From: a virus
IMG/VR virus record: IMGVR_UViG_3300049489_000477
Span: 32,001-96,000 of that record
Strand: one strand, 5' to 3'
Length of the DNA: 64,000 nucleotides
The notes under the pieces were generated by a model. It ran no database searches. It had not been told where the DNA came from and saw only the letters and a program-made list of their open reading frames with translations. This document shows, in pieces, positions 37,547 through 47,720 of the stretch. Position numbers and translations under genes: made by a program. Positions within the stretch are counted from its first letter, which is position 1. The number at the start of each line of letters is the position of its first letter.

Positions 37547-38311
37547 TTATATTGGTTTTGATAAATCATTTAAAAATTTTTCGGCAAGCTTGATAAACAT
37601 CGCATCCCGATCATTTTTAGGCATGGATCTAAGCGATTCATCCAAATTTTTATATGCTTTTTCTGTACGACGAAGTGACGATTCTGTATATGCTCCACCA
37701 GAAATAATATATTCTCTATTCTCATATATACCCTGGACGAAACCTTCTGGAGCAGATGGGTCAGCAACGATATCTTCTGCTATCAATTCGAACTCGGTTA
37801 CGATATTGGCATCAGATCCAAACTTGCTTACAGCATCTTCATAGAGCTTTGGGTTTTGCTGGCTTGGTGAATTCAATGCACCCATGCCGCGTGATGATGT
37901 ACCAAGCTGACCGTCTGACTTCAAAATAGTATCGGCTATACGACCATATTCAGTATCGATGATTTTTGCACGACCTACGACATCATCGCCTTCCCAGCGT
38001 AATTCAGTAATCATGTGGGAAACACGGTGCAAATTTATTTCAACACCTTCTGGGTGACCTAATTCGCCGTATGAGCGCAACTTGTTACCAGTCATTCTAT
38101 CGTTAACATACTTTTGAACACACTGGACCATCAATTCTTTTGGATAGATTCTTCCATTGCGGTTCTTGACATTACATTGAATGAATGGACCGACAATTTC
38201 GGTTATGGACTTTTTCTTACCGTCTGCTGCTACTTCTTCCCTAATAACAACATCTTTAATTGCTTTAAAGTTAGGAGAATTTGCTTCCGTAATAAGCTTG
38301 TATATCTTCAT
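37547..38311 (-). CDS. Prohead protease gp21
   Basis: NRNGRIYP, GELGHP, RVSH, LGTSSRGMG, DIVADPSAP; late promoter at 38331-38338. Confidence 0.96.
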   Translation of the reverse strand: MKIYKLITEANSPNFKAIKDVVIREEVAADGKKKSITEIVGPFIQCNVKNRNGRIYPKELMVQCVQKYVNDRMTGNKLRSYGELGHPEGVEINLHRVSHMITELRWEGDDVVGRAKIIDTEYGRIADTILKSDGQLGTSSRGMGALNSPSQQNPKLYEDAVSKFGSDANIVTEFELIAEDIVADPSAPEGFVQGIYENREYIISGGAYTESSLRRTEKAYKNLDESLRSMPKNDRDAMFIKLAEKFLNDLSKPI

Positions 38312-38344
38312 GTATAAAAACTCCTGAAACTATTTATATACCTT

Positions 38345-38758
38345 TTAAGTTTCTGTGTGTGATTTCTTAAGCTTTTCAGCAAATTTGGCTAAAAACTCTT
38401 TACTACGAGAATCGATAAGACTGTCATATGCGGCTTTTGTGAACTTTGGGAAGTATTCATTGGCTCGAACATAGTTACCTTGAGCCAACGAATTGATCCA
38501 TTCTTGACCGCTTTGTGTCGCATTTTCGCGTGCCATAACTATACTCCTTGCTTTATGAATGTAATAATCATTTACTTGCTGATCAAACTTATCCATGACT
38601 TTTCTTGTAAACATAGGATCTGTATCCGGCAAATCTGGTGTTTCGGCTTTTTGTTTTGTAACCGCACTGTCCCATGCCGGTTCTAATTCATTTGGCTTCA
38701 ATCCAATTTCATCAGCTTTCAAAGTAATGTAAGAATTATGTTCATCTAATCTTTTCAT
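38345..38758 (-). CDS. Prohead core protein (gp67/68-like position)
   Basis: Synteny between portal and protease; INSLAQGNYVRANEYF helix. Confidence 0.5.
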   Translation of the reverse strand: MKRLDEHNSYITLKADEIGLKPNELEPAWDSAVTKQKAETPDLPDTDPMFTRKVMDKFDQQVNDYYIHKARSIVMARENATQSGQEWINSLAQGNYVRANEYFPKFTKAAYDSLIDSRSKEFLAKFAEKLKKSHTET

Positions 38759-38767
38759 AGTATGTCC

Positions 38768-40513
38768 TTATACTGGAGTTGGGGCTGGCGGCTCTCCACC
38801 CTCGTCACCACCGGCTGGTGGCTCTCCACCAGCGTCACCGCCTCCCATGTCGCCGCCCATATCGCCACCCATGTCACCGCCGAGGTCGCCTCCACCACCT
38901 CCACCGAGGTCACCTCCACCACCGCCTAATCCACCACCTCCACCAGCGTCACCTTCGGCTTCCTTTTCAAGTCTCTTGTTTATTTCACGTTCGATGTTTC
39001 TCTTCTTAACATTCTCGTCCCAATCATTATCATCAACTTCAAGATACTTCTTGATAACCCATTCTTGTGAAAGTGGCTTGTTTTCTGTATCGATAAGACC
39101 TTCGAAGTGCTTGAATACCTCAAACTTGAGAGAAAGCTTCTTGGCGTTCAAGAACATTTCGTACAAGTTATTCGAGAACATTTCAATATCGATGTCCTCT
39201 TCGGATATTCCCAATTCGTCAGAAATATGCTTGAGTTTCAAGTGCGACAAGAAAATATCTTTTAATGCTTTACAGAATCTCTTTGAGTATCTCTTCACAT
39301 CTTTTAAGAACTTCAATTCGTCGTGGTTTATATCGCCAGCCGCGCCGAATTGTGTCTTTTTATCTTCGCCCCAACGAGACATTGGAATGTTCATTGCTAA
39401 ATACATTCTCTTTAAGAAGAATTCAACGTCTTGAATCTGATCAAGATGTTGACCGCCGGGCAAGGTTTCTACTTTTGAACCCTTTCCACCAGCAAATATT
39501 GGGAAGTAATAATCTTCGGTCATTGCAATAGGATCAAGACCTTCTGTGACATCACCTGTACTTGGATCGAAGAACTTTCTCTGTCTGTGTCTCTGAATTG
39601 TTTCGTTTAAATATTGTTCTGCTCTTGCTTTTGGTAAGTTACCGACATCGATGTTGAAGATTCTTCTTTCTGGAGCGCGAATAATTCTGTAGATAACAAG
39701 CGCATCTTCCATGAGCTTCAAACGACGATATGTTATCTTGGCATTTTCTAAAAATGAGTAAACTCTGATGTTCTGCTCGTTATCAGAGAACTCGCGTAAT
39801 CCAGAGTTAGCATATGCCACCATTTCCTTTGGCATCTGTAGCAACTCTTGTGTTTGTTGAGCATGGTATGTGTAGAAGAAAATTTCATCAGCTTCTAAAT
39901 CACCATAGACGGGATAGACGAGGTTTGTCAAAAGCTTTTTGACTCTTGTAATGCCCAATTCTGGATTGTCGTTATCAATGACTTTTTCAAAGAAAATTTC
40001 ACCATCTATCATGTAGTCTCTATACCACATATCGATGTTGTCATTAATTTTCATGACATCATGCATCAATGAGTTGAACTCGGCTTGAATGGTTTGCCGC
40101 TGATGTTCGTCTTCTCTTATGGCTTTTGACTTGATTTTAAGGTGTACGCAATTACCTTCATCATCGAAATTCACAGCCTCATCGACATACTCGTTTACAG
40201 CAAACGAAACAACAGGATACTTTGACATTTCACGGTATAGGCGTAAACTTTCTCTCTTATCGTTTTCAACACGATAGATTAACTTCGAGAAAATATTTAA
40301 CTGGCTCTGAAAGTCACCAACTGCTAAGTCTTTTAACTCCGAGACTGCGATCTTATTCTTATCTTTTTTAATTTCTTGCGGCTTTTCATTTCCAGAAATA
40401 GCATTGAAAATGGTCTTTCGAACATTAGCAATTTGTGTTTGTTCATGTGGGGTAAGATTCTTAGCACGCTTATTGATGCCGCCCGTATATGAAAAATAGT
40501 CGCCTATAGCCAT
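38768..40513 (-). CDS. Portal protein gp20 with Gly-rich tail
   Basis: LMEDALVIYRIIRAPERRIFNIDVGNLPK, EDYYFP, VETLPGG; late promoter at 40581-40588. Confidence 0.97.
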   Translation of the reverse strand: MAIGDYFSYTGGINKRAKNLTPHEQTQIANVRKTIFNAISGNEKPQEIKKDKNKIAVSELKDLAVGDFQSQLNIFSKLIYRVENDKRESLRLYREMSKYPVVSFAVNEYVDEAVNFDDEGNCVHLKIKSKAIREDEHQRQTIQAEFNSLMHDVMKINDNIDMWYRDYMIDGEIFFEKVIDNDNPELGITRVKKLLTNLVYPVYGDLEADEIFFYTYHAQQTQELLQMPKEMVAYANSGLREFSDNEQNIRVYSFLENAKITYRRLKLMEDALVIYRIIRAPERRIFNIDVGNLPKARAEQYLNETIQRHRQRKFFDPSTGDVTEGLDPIAMTEDYYFPIFAGGKGSKVETLPGGQHLDQIQDVEFFLKRMYLAMNIPMSRWGEDKKTQFGAAGDINHDELKFLKDVKRYSKRFCKALKDIFLSHLKLKHISDELGISEEDIDIEMFSNNLYEMFLNAKKLSLKFEVFKHFEGLIDTENKPLSQEWVIKKYLEVDDNDWDENVKKRNIEREINKRLEKEAEGDAGGGGGLGGGGGDLGGGGGGDLGGDMGGDMGGDMGGGDAGGEPPAGGDEGGEPPAPTPV

Positions 40514-40965
40514 TAGATAACTCCCATGTTGTTCAAGCGGACTTTATGGAAATTACGCATTTCCTGTTGTGTCTCCCCTATATTTATATCTTTAATAGCT
40601 TTCATGTGTAAAGGATTGTAAATTCTCCATGCGTTTTCGACATCTGGATTGCGTAAAAACAGGGCTTTTAGAATACGAAAACTAAAGGCATGCGGGTGTT
40701 CGGGGGTGTACATTTCCTTAATTTTACCATCTTTCATATAAAACTTCTCATAATCCTCTAAAAATATTTCAGAATTACGAAGTATGCGCAGATCGAGTCC
40801 ATGTATCCGTCTGTTGCGATCAAGGGCTGAAAATACGATTACTGGATTAAGAACCATGGGTTCTTGCATCGTACTTTGCATATTGGGATATGAGAATTTG
40901 TAGAAATGACCTCTCTTCATTTCTTGAAAATTAACTCCACCGATGTTTCCAGATAATAAATCCAT
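40513..40965 (-). CDS. DNA end protector gp2-like
   Basis: GHFYKFSYP, PVIVF, IHGLDL, AWRIY; divergent from gp4. Confidence 0.55.
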   Translation of the reverse strand: MDLLSGNIGGVNFQEMKRGHFYKFSYPNMQSTMQEPMVLNPVIVFSALDRNRRIHGLDLRILRNSEIFLEDYEKFYMKDGKIKEMYTPEHPHAFSFRILKALFLRNPDVENAWRIYNPLHMKAIKDINIGETQQEMRNFHKVRLNNMGVI

Positions 40966-40986
40966 AAATAGTATTATAATATATTT

Positions 40987-41451
40987 ATGTCAAAATTACA
41001 TGTCTCAAAGTCAAAATGGAAGAAAGATATCTATACACCACATAATAGGATGAAATATAAGGGTACGGCTTTACCTGTTTGCCGATCAAGGTGGGAGTAT
41101 CGATTTTGCCGGTTTCTTGATTTCAACGAAAATGTTATTGAATGGATAAGTGAGGAACCCAAGATTCCATATTTAAATCCGAATACAAACACTATGTGGA
41201 ATTATCATCCAGATTTTGTCATTCGCGTAAAGACCCTATCGGGACCACCAAGAACACAAATGGTTGAAATAAAACCCAAAAAACAGACCGTGCCACCCAT
41301 TGTGACCAAGGGTAAGCACCAGAGAACTATATTGTATGAAGCATGCACTTGGCGACAAAATTGCGCCAAATGGGAAGCAGCCCGCGCCTACTGTGCGTCA
41401 AGGGGCTGGGAATTTAAGATACTTACCGAAGATAACTTATTCGGCTGCTGA
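40987..41451 (+). CDS. Head completion nuclease gp4 (TnsA-like PD-(D/E)XK)
   Basis: KYKG, RSRWE, WISEE..IPY, YHPDF, VEIKPKKQT, AKWEAA, FKILTE. Confidence 0.92.
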   Translation: MSKLHVSKSKWKKDIYTPHNRMKYKGTALPVCRSRWEYRFCRFLDFNENVIEWISEEPKIPYLNPNTNTMWNYHPDFVIRVKTLSGPPRTQMVEIKPKKQTVPPIVTKGKHQRTILYEACTWRQNCAKWEAARAYCASRGWEFKILTEDNLFGC

Positions 41452-42327
41452 TGCTTTAAACTCGGTAAGCGGCTTCATTTGCTGCTTGTATTTTTCCAAG
41501 TTTTCAAACATTTCTCGTAGATTACGATCAATTAAATATCTAAACAGCTTCTTACCATCAGCCAACTTGTAATCTATTAATTGCTGTTGAAGTTTCGCTG
41601 TGAGTTCTGCTGGAATATAATCCATATCAATCAGCTTCTTGTTTCTTTCGAAGTTTTTGGCAAACTCTGTTAACTTTCCTTCACTGTCAACTTCGGTAAT
41701 CAGCCTTGGTAAATCACCGGAAGCAATGAGTTTAGCCGCCTTTTTTTCACCCAAACCTTTTCTCACACCAGGAATATTATCTGACGAATCTCCGCAAATT
41801 ATCTTTAATAACAATGATTGCTCTGGATCTTCCTTAACATAATCCTTTTTGTTTGGTGACCATAACTTGGTGTTAGGATACTTAAGTAATTGTATGTAGT
41901 CACCATCACCCGTGACGATGGTTTTTTCATATTCTCTTGGTAATGTTTTTACAAGCCAGCCGATGATATCGTCAGCTTCTAAGCGAGGAACCGCTGGAGC
42001 ATAAAATGGAAAAACCTCTTGAAGCTCGATAACAAACTCATCCATAAACTTATAGAATCCATCCCAATCGACTTCGGATGCTTTCTTTTCTCGTATCTCT
42101 ACTCTGTTGGCTTTATACGATTCTACTTCGTCTTTTCTCCAAGACTTTTTACAATCAACACCAATATAAACAGCATCTGGTTTAAATTGGCTGATATATG
42201 GAAATATACCGTTAGCCAACAGTAGATGGCGCAACATGTTAAAACCAATGATTTTAATATCTGCTGCTTTTACAAACAAATATCTGTGCGCTAAATGTCC
42301 AAGATCAATGAGAAGAACCTTTTTCAT
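41437..42327 (-). CDS. rnh: RNase H / 5'-3' exonuclease
   Basis: LLID, YKANR, LEADDII, GDGDYIQL, GDSSDNIPG; start placed at MKKVLL. Confidence 0.92.
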   Translation of the reverse strand: MKKVLLIDLGHLAHRYLFVKAADIKIIGFNMLRHLLLANGIFPYISQFKPDAVYIGVDCKKSWRKDEVESYKANRVEIREKKASEVDWDGFYKFMDEFVIELQEVFPFYAPAVPRLEADDIIGWLVKTLPREYEKTIVTGDGDYIQLLKYPNTKLWSPNKKDYVKEDPEQSLLLKIICGDSSDNIPGVRKGLGEKKAAKLIASGDLPRLITEVDSEGKLTEFAKNFERNKKLIDMDYIPAELTAKLQQQLIDYKLADGKKLFRYLIDRNLREMFENLEKYKQQMKPLTEFKASAAE

Positions 42328-42365
42328 GACCGATACTAACACGAATATTAATAATAACAATACCC

Positions 42366-42397
42366 AAAAATAAAAGCCGTCCCTTTCGGAACGGCTT
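42366..42397 (-). terminator. Rho-independent terminator
   Basis: AAGCCGT/ACGGCTT stem with U tract on the minus strand. Confidence 0.7.
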
Positions 42398-42423
42398 CTA
42401 TTCTCCTTTAAAAATTTTTAAAC

Positions 42424-42918
42424 TTACTTAGGTGTGTCTGGTGTTCCAGCCTTATTTGGCTCGGTTGATCCACCCTTTGGTGACTTGTTCAATCCATCAT
42501 TACCCTTATTCAATGGGCTATTGAGTGGAAGACCAAGTTGTGAGCGAAGCTTCTCGCGGAATTCTGATGGCTTGATCCATTCCTTTGGAGCAGCGCCAAC
42601 ACCCTCGTCGCGGGTTACTGGCTTGACATCAGCACCTTGTGCTGGCTGTTCTGCCTTGAATTCCTTGGCTCCACCCTTGACGCCTTCTGGACGCTTAACA
42701 GGTGTAACCTTATTACCTTCTGGTTCGCCACCCTTGCCGTGGTCTTCGCCAACTTCCTTGACTCCAGCTTTTACGCCTTCTTCACGGTTGACTTCCTTTG
42801 GTTCTTTGGCTGGCTTTGTTTCAACGCCATCGACCTTGAACTTCTTACCAGTGTAAGTCTTCGACTCTTGGATTTTTGCCTTGAGAGCCTTAAGTTGCTT
42901 GAGTGTTGGAAATGCCAT
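42424..42918 (-). CDS. Charged late protein, single copy of the repeat module
   Basis: AGGAG SD; two TATAAATA (42936-42943, 42956-42963); FREKLRSQLGLPLNSPLNK motif shared with the next gene. Confidence 0.7.
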   Translation of the reverse strand: MAFPTLKQLKALKAKIQESKTYTGKKFKVDGVETKPAKEPKEVNREEGVKAGVKEVGEDHGKGGEPEGNKVTPVKRPEGVKGGAKEFKAEQPAQGADVKPVTRDEGVGAAPKEWIKPSEFREKLRSQLGLPLNSPLNKGNDGLNKSPKGGSTEPNKAGTPDTPK

Positions 42919-42971
42919 AATATTCTCCTGTGATATATTTATATGGGGTTAAATGTATTTATATGAAAAAT

Positions 42972-44147
42972 TTACATGCCCGCCAAATCGTAGAGTCTTT
43001 CTGTCCATTGGCGTGATGCTAGCAAATTATCTGTTGGTTTTAGACCAATTTTTATATATGTATTGGGATCCATAAGTGCAGTCTCGACTTTAGATGGTAC
43101 TATATGTGGCGCTTTTGCTTTATTAGCTTCCCATTGTTTCTTTTGTTCGTCAGCGGCTCGTTGGGCTTCTTCGGGGGTGGCTGGTTGAAATGGGACTTGC
43201 TGAACTTTGGCTGGTGGAGTTGCTGGTTTAAAATTCCTATTTAAATACGCACCGCGTTCACGACTTCTAGTAACTCTATTACCTTCATCGTCAAACTTGT
43301 CACCAGGGACGAACATCGCCTCATCTAATTTTTTTTTTGATTCTGACAAGCCTTCCTTGCCCATATTTGGCTTATTGAGCTTATCGTCCAGTGATAAACC
43401 AAACACGCCACGAACCTTTTCGCGGAATGCTTTTGCAACATAGTCTTTGGCTATGACAGCACCAGCAGCAGCGCCTTCTTTACGATCTGTGCCTTCATCT
43501 TTTCCAGCGGCTTTCTTGCTGCCTTCAAATTCTTTGGCAGCCTCTTCAGCACCTTCTTTATTCTTGTTGTTTGGATCGTTGTCCATCTTCTTACTGGCAT
43601 CGAATTCTTCGGCGGCATTTTCAGCACCTTCTTTACCAGTTTCTACCTTTGCATCCTTATGAATTGGCTTGGAATCTGGCTTGAATCCCTTATCACCGTA
43701 CAATTCTTTTGATGATTCTGCAAGACCTGTCTTACCAGCATTTGGCTTATTCAACTTATCGTCTAATGAAAGACCAAATGATGCGCGAATTTTCTTACCA
43801 AATGATGCTGCGCCATATCCGTCCTTGGATATTTCAGCGCCACCCTCTGCGCCTTCTTTACGTTCTTCCTTTTCCTTGTTAGGAGCTTTGTCTGAACCTT
43901 CGAACTTATCAGCGGCATTGTCAGCGCCAGCTTTATTTTCATTTTCTGGTGTGTTATCCATTTTCTTACTGGCATCAAATTCGTCGGCAGCAGCTTTTAC
44001 GCCGTCCTTACCAACTTTAACATCGGCGTCCTTATGAAGCGGGTCAGCTTTGGTTTTTAGACCCTTATCGCCATACAATTCCTTTGTCGATTCAGAAATA
44101 ACTTTTTCTATTTCTGCCCATTTCTTTTCGATATCTTCGCGCTTCAT
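42972..44147 (-). CDS. Charged late protein with two 125-aa repeats
   Basis: AAGGAG SD before MKRED; TATAAATA at 44168-44175; duplicated ESxKELYGDKG...FGLSLDDKLNKPN. Confidence 0.75.
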   Translation of the reverse strand: MKREDIEKKWAEIEKVISESTKELYGDKGLKTKADPLHKDADVKVGKDGVKAAADEFDASKKMDNTPENENKAGADNAADKFEGSDKAPNKEKEERKEGAEGGAEISKDGYGAASFGKKIRASFGLSLDDKLNKPNAGKTGLAESSKELYGDKGFKPDSKPIHKDAKVETGKEGAENAAEEFDASKKMDNDPNNKNKEGAEEAAKEFEGSKKAAGKDEGTDRKEGAAAGAVIAKDYVAKAFREKVRGVFGLSLDDKLNKPNMGKEGLSESKKKLDEAMFVPGDKFDDEGNRVTRSRERGAYLNRNFKPATPPAKVQQVPFQPATPEEAQRAADEQKKQWEANKAKAPHIVPSKVETALMDPNTYIKIGLKPTDNLLASRQWTERLYDLAGM

Positions 44148-44181
44148 AGGAAAGCTCCTTATAAATCTATTTATATATAAA

Positions 44182-44811
44182 TTACTTTGGTTTTGTATAA
44201 AACCAATCTTCAACAGATTTATATAGCTTGAAGTAATTATCCATAAACACGGACTTCTCTAAAATGATATATTTGCCCTTATAAACAAGTGCTGTTTCTG
44301 GAAGGGTCGGGTTACGATGCTCTACAAAGTCAATAAATGATTGGCGTTCCAAGCATACATAGCCGCTACGCTTTGATGTTATTCTAAAAATAATAAGCAT
44401 CTTTTTATCAACTTTGGCAGCGTCCTCCGTTGCCTGTCCAATCCACTTATCAAGCATCTTGTCCTCACCATTTAAAATCTTATGAAACTGTGGATCGTCA
44501 TCATATGCCTTGGATTCTAATGAAAACTTCATCCATGTTGGAGTGATGATGTCGCCGGTAAGGGTTTTCTTAGCCTCTTCGTTGATCTTCATATTCTTAT
44601 TAAAATTAAATCCGCCCATGAATGCGCCCGACATGGGTACACGACGGAATATATCACCAGGAAAAAGCGCCTCAAGTTCGTGACAAATATCACGCTCTGC
44701 TGCCTTGCCCTTTCGGCAACCATTGACCTTTTTCTTCTTTTCTTTTAAATGATTATCCTCTGGAATATCATTTACATTAAGGTTATCTAAAATGTCTTGG
44801 ACATCTGCCAT
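44182..44811 (-). CDS. Holliday junction resolvase (Hjc-like PD-(D/E)XK)
   Basis: KGKAAERDI, FRRVPMSGA, GDII, LESKAY, WIGQA. Confidence 0.8.
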   Translation of the reverse strand: MADVQDILDNLNVNDIPEDNHLKEKKKKVNGCRKGKAAERDICHELEALFPGDIFRRVPMSGAFMGGFNFNKNMKINEEAKKTLTGDIITPTWMKFSLESKAYDDDPQFHKILNGEDKMLDKWIGQATEDAAKVDKKMLIIFRITSKRSGYVCLERQSFIDFVEHRNPTLPETALVYKGKYIILEKSVFMDNYFKLYKSVEDWFYTKPK

Positions 44812-44864
44812 ATGCAAATTATATCACAATTTTTGATAACCACTAACCCGAAGATTATGTCTTA

Positions 44865-47684
44865 TTAAACTATGCCTAGTTTCTTAAGCTCTTCGTAGCC
44901 TTCTGCAAGACGCTGTTGTACATCAACGCCACGGGTGCATTGTGTCTTGAATCCATATGATTGATCAACTTCGTTGATACTTTCTGGATTCGAGTCATCG
45001 TACTTGAGACTCATAACAGCATCGTCGTAAATCTTCTCAATACTTGATTCAGTATTTTGGAAGTTACCAAGCAAATGGCTGATTGCCGTTTGGCGTGGGG
45101 TCGTGTGGAGATTATTCATCTTGATGTATGAATAAACGTCCTTATCTGACGCCTTGCGCGAAATTGAGCAGATAGGTGTAGCAATGAATGACGATACCAT
45201 GGATGAAACATTACCAATACCAGCGGTATTGTTTGTTACATGCATTGGACCACCGATGGTGCAAACACCACCAGCACATCCTTCGGTAACCATGCTCTTT
45301 TCCATTTCTTCCCAGACTGCTCTGGTGTCCTCAAGAATAGCAGATGTTCTCTGCCACTTCAAGTCCTTGTCAGCGTCCAAGTCAAACTTGTCGGTATTTG
45401 GATCGATGGTTACGGTGAGCTTACCTTCAGTCAATACAAAGCGAACTGGTTCAAGAGTTATCTTTGTTAAGTCAAATGACTTCTGGTAGCCAGGCAACTT
45501 GATCTTATCACCGAGACGGAAACCGTTGAAACGAGTCGCTTCCTTCAAATTTGGGCGACCCTTCTTGAAATCTTTCGTCTCGTACTCGTCTTTCTTATTC
45601 TTGTCACCAGCGGTTTTCTTCTTCTTGCCCTCTTCGTCAACTTCGGCTTTTTCAGCCTCTTCTTGTGTCAAAGGAATCTTTGCTTCCTCTTCTGACCACT
45701 GTTCTGCTGGCTCCTTTGATGGATCATGTACGGTTTTTACATACTTGACGATATGACCATCTGGCTTTTCACCAGTGGCTTCACGCTTGGCTGGAATGAT
45801 TTCTGGCTTGGCAACAAACTTGTGCTTTCCAACTTTCTTCTCTTCAAATTCTTGAAGCTTTTCTTGGGCTGGTTCTTCGTCCTCTATTTCACCCATATCA
45901 TCGTCAGCTTCGGCTGGTTCTGTTGGTTCTGTTGGTTCTGTTGGTTCTACTGGTTCGCCAGCTTCACCATCTTCTGCTTCGAAACCATCCTCGACTTCAC
46001 AATCTTCGCCTTCGCATGCTTCTGGTTCTTCGGAAGCAGGGGCTTCTTTTTCAACATCAGTAAGAGCTTCAACAGCAGCCTTCAAATCCTCAAGAGCTTT
46101 TTCAGCGGTTTCAATCTTATCTTCTGCTTTTTCGGCAGCGGATTGAACGCCTTCGATAGCCTTCTCTTCGGCTTCTTCATGCTCGGCAGCTTCCTCTTCG
46201 GCTTCTTCGGCGGCTTCCTTCTCTTCTGGTGTTTGTTCAATCTCTTGTTCTTGGTCAACCGCGCCTTCGGCACCGGCTTCTGGAGCAAGTTCGACTTCAC
46301 CATCTGTACCGGGAACGCCTAGCTCATTTTCACCGACAATAGGTTGTCCAACTGGTCCGTCTACTGCTGGAGCAGCTTGAGCGGCTGGTGATCCGATAGG
46401 ACCATTTACATCGACTTCATCGACAACTGGTTGTCCAATAGGACCGTCTACGGCTGGATCTGTTGTAGCTGCTGGTGAGCCAATAGGACCATTTACACCT
46501 TGTGTAAATTCATCCAATAATGATTGGGCTACTGATTGAACATCTGTATTACCCTCTTGCATTCCGCAGCCTTCTTTTGCACATTGCTTGGCAACGCGCA
46601 AGAAAGCAGAGCGAGCGTTAGCTTCGTCAAATGTACCTCTCTTCATTTGTGCTTTGAGGTTCTTTTCGACTTGACGATAAATTGGAGATTCTTTGTATTG
46701 CGATAAATCACTTGATCCTGCTGATGTATCGGCAAACGCATTTGCTGAGATATTTTCTGCTGCCATTGCTGGATCTTCTGGTGATGTGCTTACTACTGGA
46801 CCTTCAGCATTTGCGGCTGGCTGTTGTTCAACGCCCGCGCCCATACTGTATTCAGCAATAACATTGTCGAGTTGTTCTAATTGTTCTTCTGTGAAGTTTT
46901 CCAAACCTTCTTGAGACTTGGTTTCTTCATTGTATGAAATCATAGGGTCGCCATTTTCCTTGCAGACCTTATAAACCGTATCTTCGCCACGCTGTTCAAC
47001 GCAGAACTTTACCTTTTCACCAAGCCACATGCCTTCTTGCCATGGGGTTGGTTCTGGTTCGGTTGGTGGTAATTGTGCAGCTTGGGTTGGATCAACTGGC
47101 AATCCAGGCTCTGTTACGCCCGGAGGTGGTACTTCTAAACCAGGAGCGACACCAGTATCTTCAAAACCGCTTGGACCTACGGCTGGATCGGATGTGATAA
47201 TAGGACCAGCTTCTGGTTCACCTTCAAGTCCTGGCATGATGCCTGGCATATCTTCGATACCTTCCATGAGCTTCAAACGATACACAACACGGGCATCAAT
47301 TTCATGTCTTTCAGCCATAGCGTGAGCATAGTTGACTATCTTCTCAATGGATTCGACCATTTGTATAACATCTTCCTTACGATCCCCACCAATGACATTT
47401 GCTGTATTGATATTTTCAGTTATTTCCATGAGCTTTTCAACGATGATATCAACATCCTCTTTATTATTGAGCATATTGAGACGCATTTCGTTTACGACCG
47501 TCGCGGCTCTGGCTTCAAGAACCCCAGCCAATTTTGTCATCACACCGTTCATAAAGACGCGGTATGTGCCTTCTTTAAATACCGTTTCACCTCTGAACTC
47601 TGTGCCACAATCGTCACAGCGAGTGATATTACGATATTCTGTGTCCGATAAATTGGTATTGCGACAATGTGGGCAACGATTCAT
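44865..47684 (-). CDS. 939-aa acidic late protein with N-terminal Zn ribbon, candidate internal head protein
   Basis: CPHC...CDDC; E/P/A-rich linkers; AGGAG SD; TATAAATA at 47703-47710. Confidence 0.65.
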   Translation of the reverse strand: MNRCPHCRNTNLSDTEYRNITRCDDCGTEFRGETVFKEGTYRVFMNGVMTKLAGVLEARAATVVNEMRLNMLNNKEDVDIIVEKLMEITENINTANVIGGDRKEDVIQMVESIEKIVNYAHAMAERHEIDARVVYRLKLMEGIEDMPGIMPGLEGEPEAGPIITSDPAVGPSGFEDTGVAPGLEVPPPGVTEPGLPVDPTQAAQLPPTEPEPTPWQEGMWLGEKVKFCVEQRGEDTVYKVCKENGDPMISYNEETKSQEGLENFTEEQLEQLDNVIAEYSMGAGVEQQPAANAEGPVVSTSPEDPAMAAENISANAFADTSAGSSDLSQYKESPIYRQVEKNLKAQMKRGTFDEANARSAFLRVAKQCAKEGCGMQEGNTDVQSVAQSLLDEFTQGVNGPIGSPAATTDPAVDGPIGQPVVDEVDVNGPIGSPAAQAAPAVDGPVGQPIVGENELGVPGTDGEVELAPEAGAEGAVDQEQEIEQTPEEKEAAEEAEEEAAEHEEAEEKAIEGVQSAAEKAEDKIETAEKALEDLKAAVEALTDVEKEAPASEEPEACEGEDCEVEDGFEAEDGEAGEPVEPTEPTEPTEPAEADDDMGEIEDEEPAQEKLQEFEEKKVGKHKFVAKPEIIPAKREATGEKPDGHIVKYVKTVHDPSKEPAEQWSEEEAKIPLTQEEAEKAEVDEEGKKKKTAGDKNKKDEYETKDFKKGRPNLKEATRFNGFRLGDKIKLPGYQKSFDLTKITLEPVRFVLTEGKLTVTIDPNTDKFDLDADKDLKWQRTSAILEDTRAVWEEMEKSMVTEGCAGGVCTIGGPMHVTNNTAGIGNVSSMVSSFIATPICSISRKASDKDVYSYIKMNNLHTTPRQTAISHLLGNFQNTESSIEKIYDDAVMSLKYDDSNPESINEVDQSYGFKTQCTRGVDVQQRLAEGYEELKKLGIV

Positions 47685-47720
47685 AAAAATTCTCCTAATG
47701 TCTATTTATAAGGTTTTTAC

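Noticed and set aside
38768-38960. GC-rich stretch suggesting foreign DNA
   Set aside because: Encodes the in-frame Gly/Pro-rich portal tail
40987-41451. TnsA transposase or mobile element
   Set aside because: Matches T4 gp4 head completion nuclease in motif and context; no other transposon genes
45726-46322. 198-aa Phe-rich plus-strand ORF
   Set aside because: Antisense shadow of Glu (GAA)-rich sequence
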